IMG/VR virus record: IMGVR_UViG_3300012953_000227
Location: 1 to 24,001 of that record
DNA length: 24,001 bases
Reading direction: 5' to 3' (one strand)
Origin: a virus
Taxonomy: Duplodnaviria; Caudoviricetes
The position numbers and the translations under genes are program-made. Shown piece after piece: positions 23,762 through 24,001 of this stretch. Below the pieces are notes generated by a model. It made no database searches and had not been told where the DNA came from. It saw only the letters and a list, made by a program, of their open reading frames with translations. The first letter of the stretch is position 1. Every line of letters starts with the position of its first letter.

Positions 23762-24001
23762 TTAAGCTCCATCAGACCAACGTTGTAAAAATGCGTTTGT
23801 TGCATCCTGCGTGCTGCCAGTTTTCGTTAGCTTTTCCATAGCTTGCCGACCGGCTCGCGCTTGTTTTGTTTGTGCAGGAGCGGACGCACCAGGTTTAATT
23901 ACCTTACGAGGTGCTGCACCACGTTTTTTAACTGCCACCTTCTTACTCCGATCGTACTTCATTGCTTTAAGTAAAACTTTGATTGCAGCGGGATCGACTA
24001 A
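23762..24001 (-). CDS. scaffolding protein, C-terminal part
   Basis: Frame open to the window edge (LVDPAAIKVLLKAMKYD...); basic C-terminus KLTKTGSTQDA directly upstream of the capsid gene. Confidence 0.75.
   Translation of the reverse strand, partial: LVDPAAIKVLLKAMKYDRSKKVAVKKRGAAPRKVIKPGASAPAQTKQARAGRQAMEKLTKTGSTQDATNAFLQRWSDGA

Larger units (their letters stand above)
1..24001. mobile_element. Temperate podovirus-like phage genome segment, non-integrated form (attP intact)
   Basis: Capsid, tail fibre, lysis, integrase, T7-like RNAP and replication genes. Phage genes lie on both sides of the tRNA-derived att core and no host housekeeping genes are present. Confidence 0.95.

Overview
The window is a 24 kb piece of a temperate, probably marine, podovirus-like phage genome; no host genes are visible. 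On the minus strand, right to left, it carries: scaffold (partial), an SU10/DUF5309-type major capsid protein, adaptor, tail fibre with intramolecular chaperone, lysis genes, a tyrosine integrase, an attP made of the 3' 65 nt of tRNA-Arg(ACG), a T7-type RNA polymerase, a T7-type replication module (SSB, endonuclease I, primase-helicase, DNA polymerase, gp5.7-like, exonuclease), a DUF3310 protein and a class II ribonucleotide reductase. The left 3 kb holds convergent plus-strand cassettes of small unknown genes built as terminator-promoter-RBS units. Four observations stand out. (1) A three-gene cassette inside the replication module (T4 gp42-like dCMP (hydroxy)methylase with the cytosine-specifying Asp, dNMP kinase, MazG-like dNTP pyrophosphatase) predicts a cytosine-modified genome in an integrating T7-like phage. 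(2) A 22-bp phage-RNAP promoter consensus, CGCAAATTWWYRCMCTTAKTGG, occurs three times. (3) One copy sits exactly at the 5' end of a terminator-bounded, five-hairpin ~177-nt ncRNA with a possible kissing-loop interaction. (4) A hairpin after the capsid gene has a loop exactly antisense to the RBS of both the primase-helicase and the DNA polymerase. All family calls come from motif recognition by eye; no searches were run.
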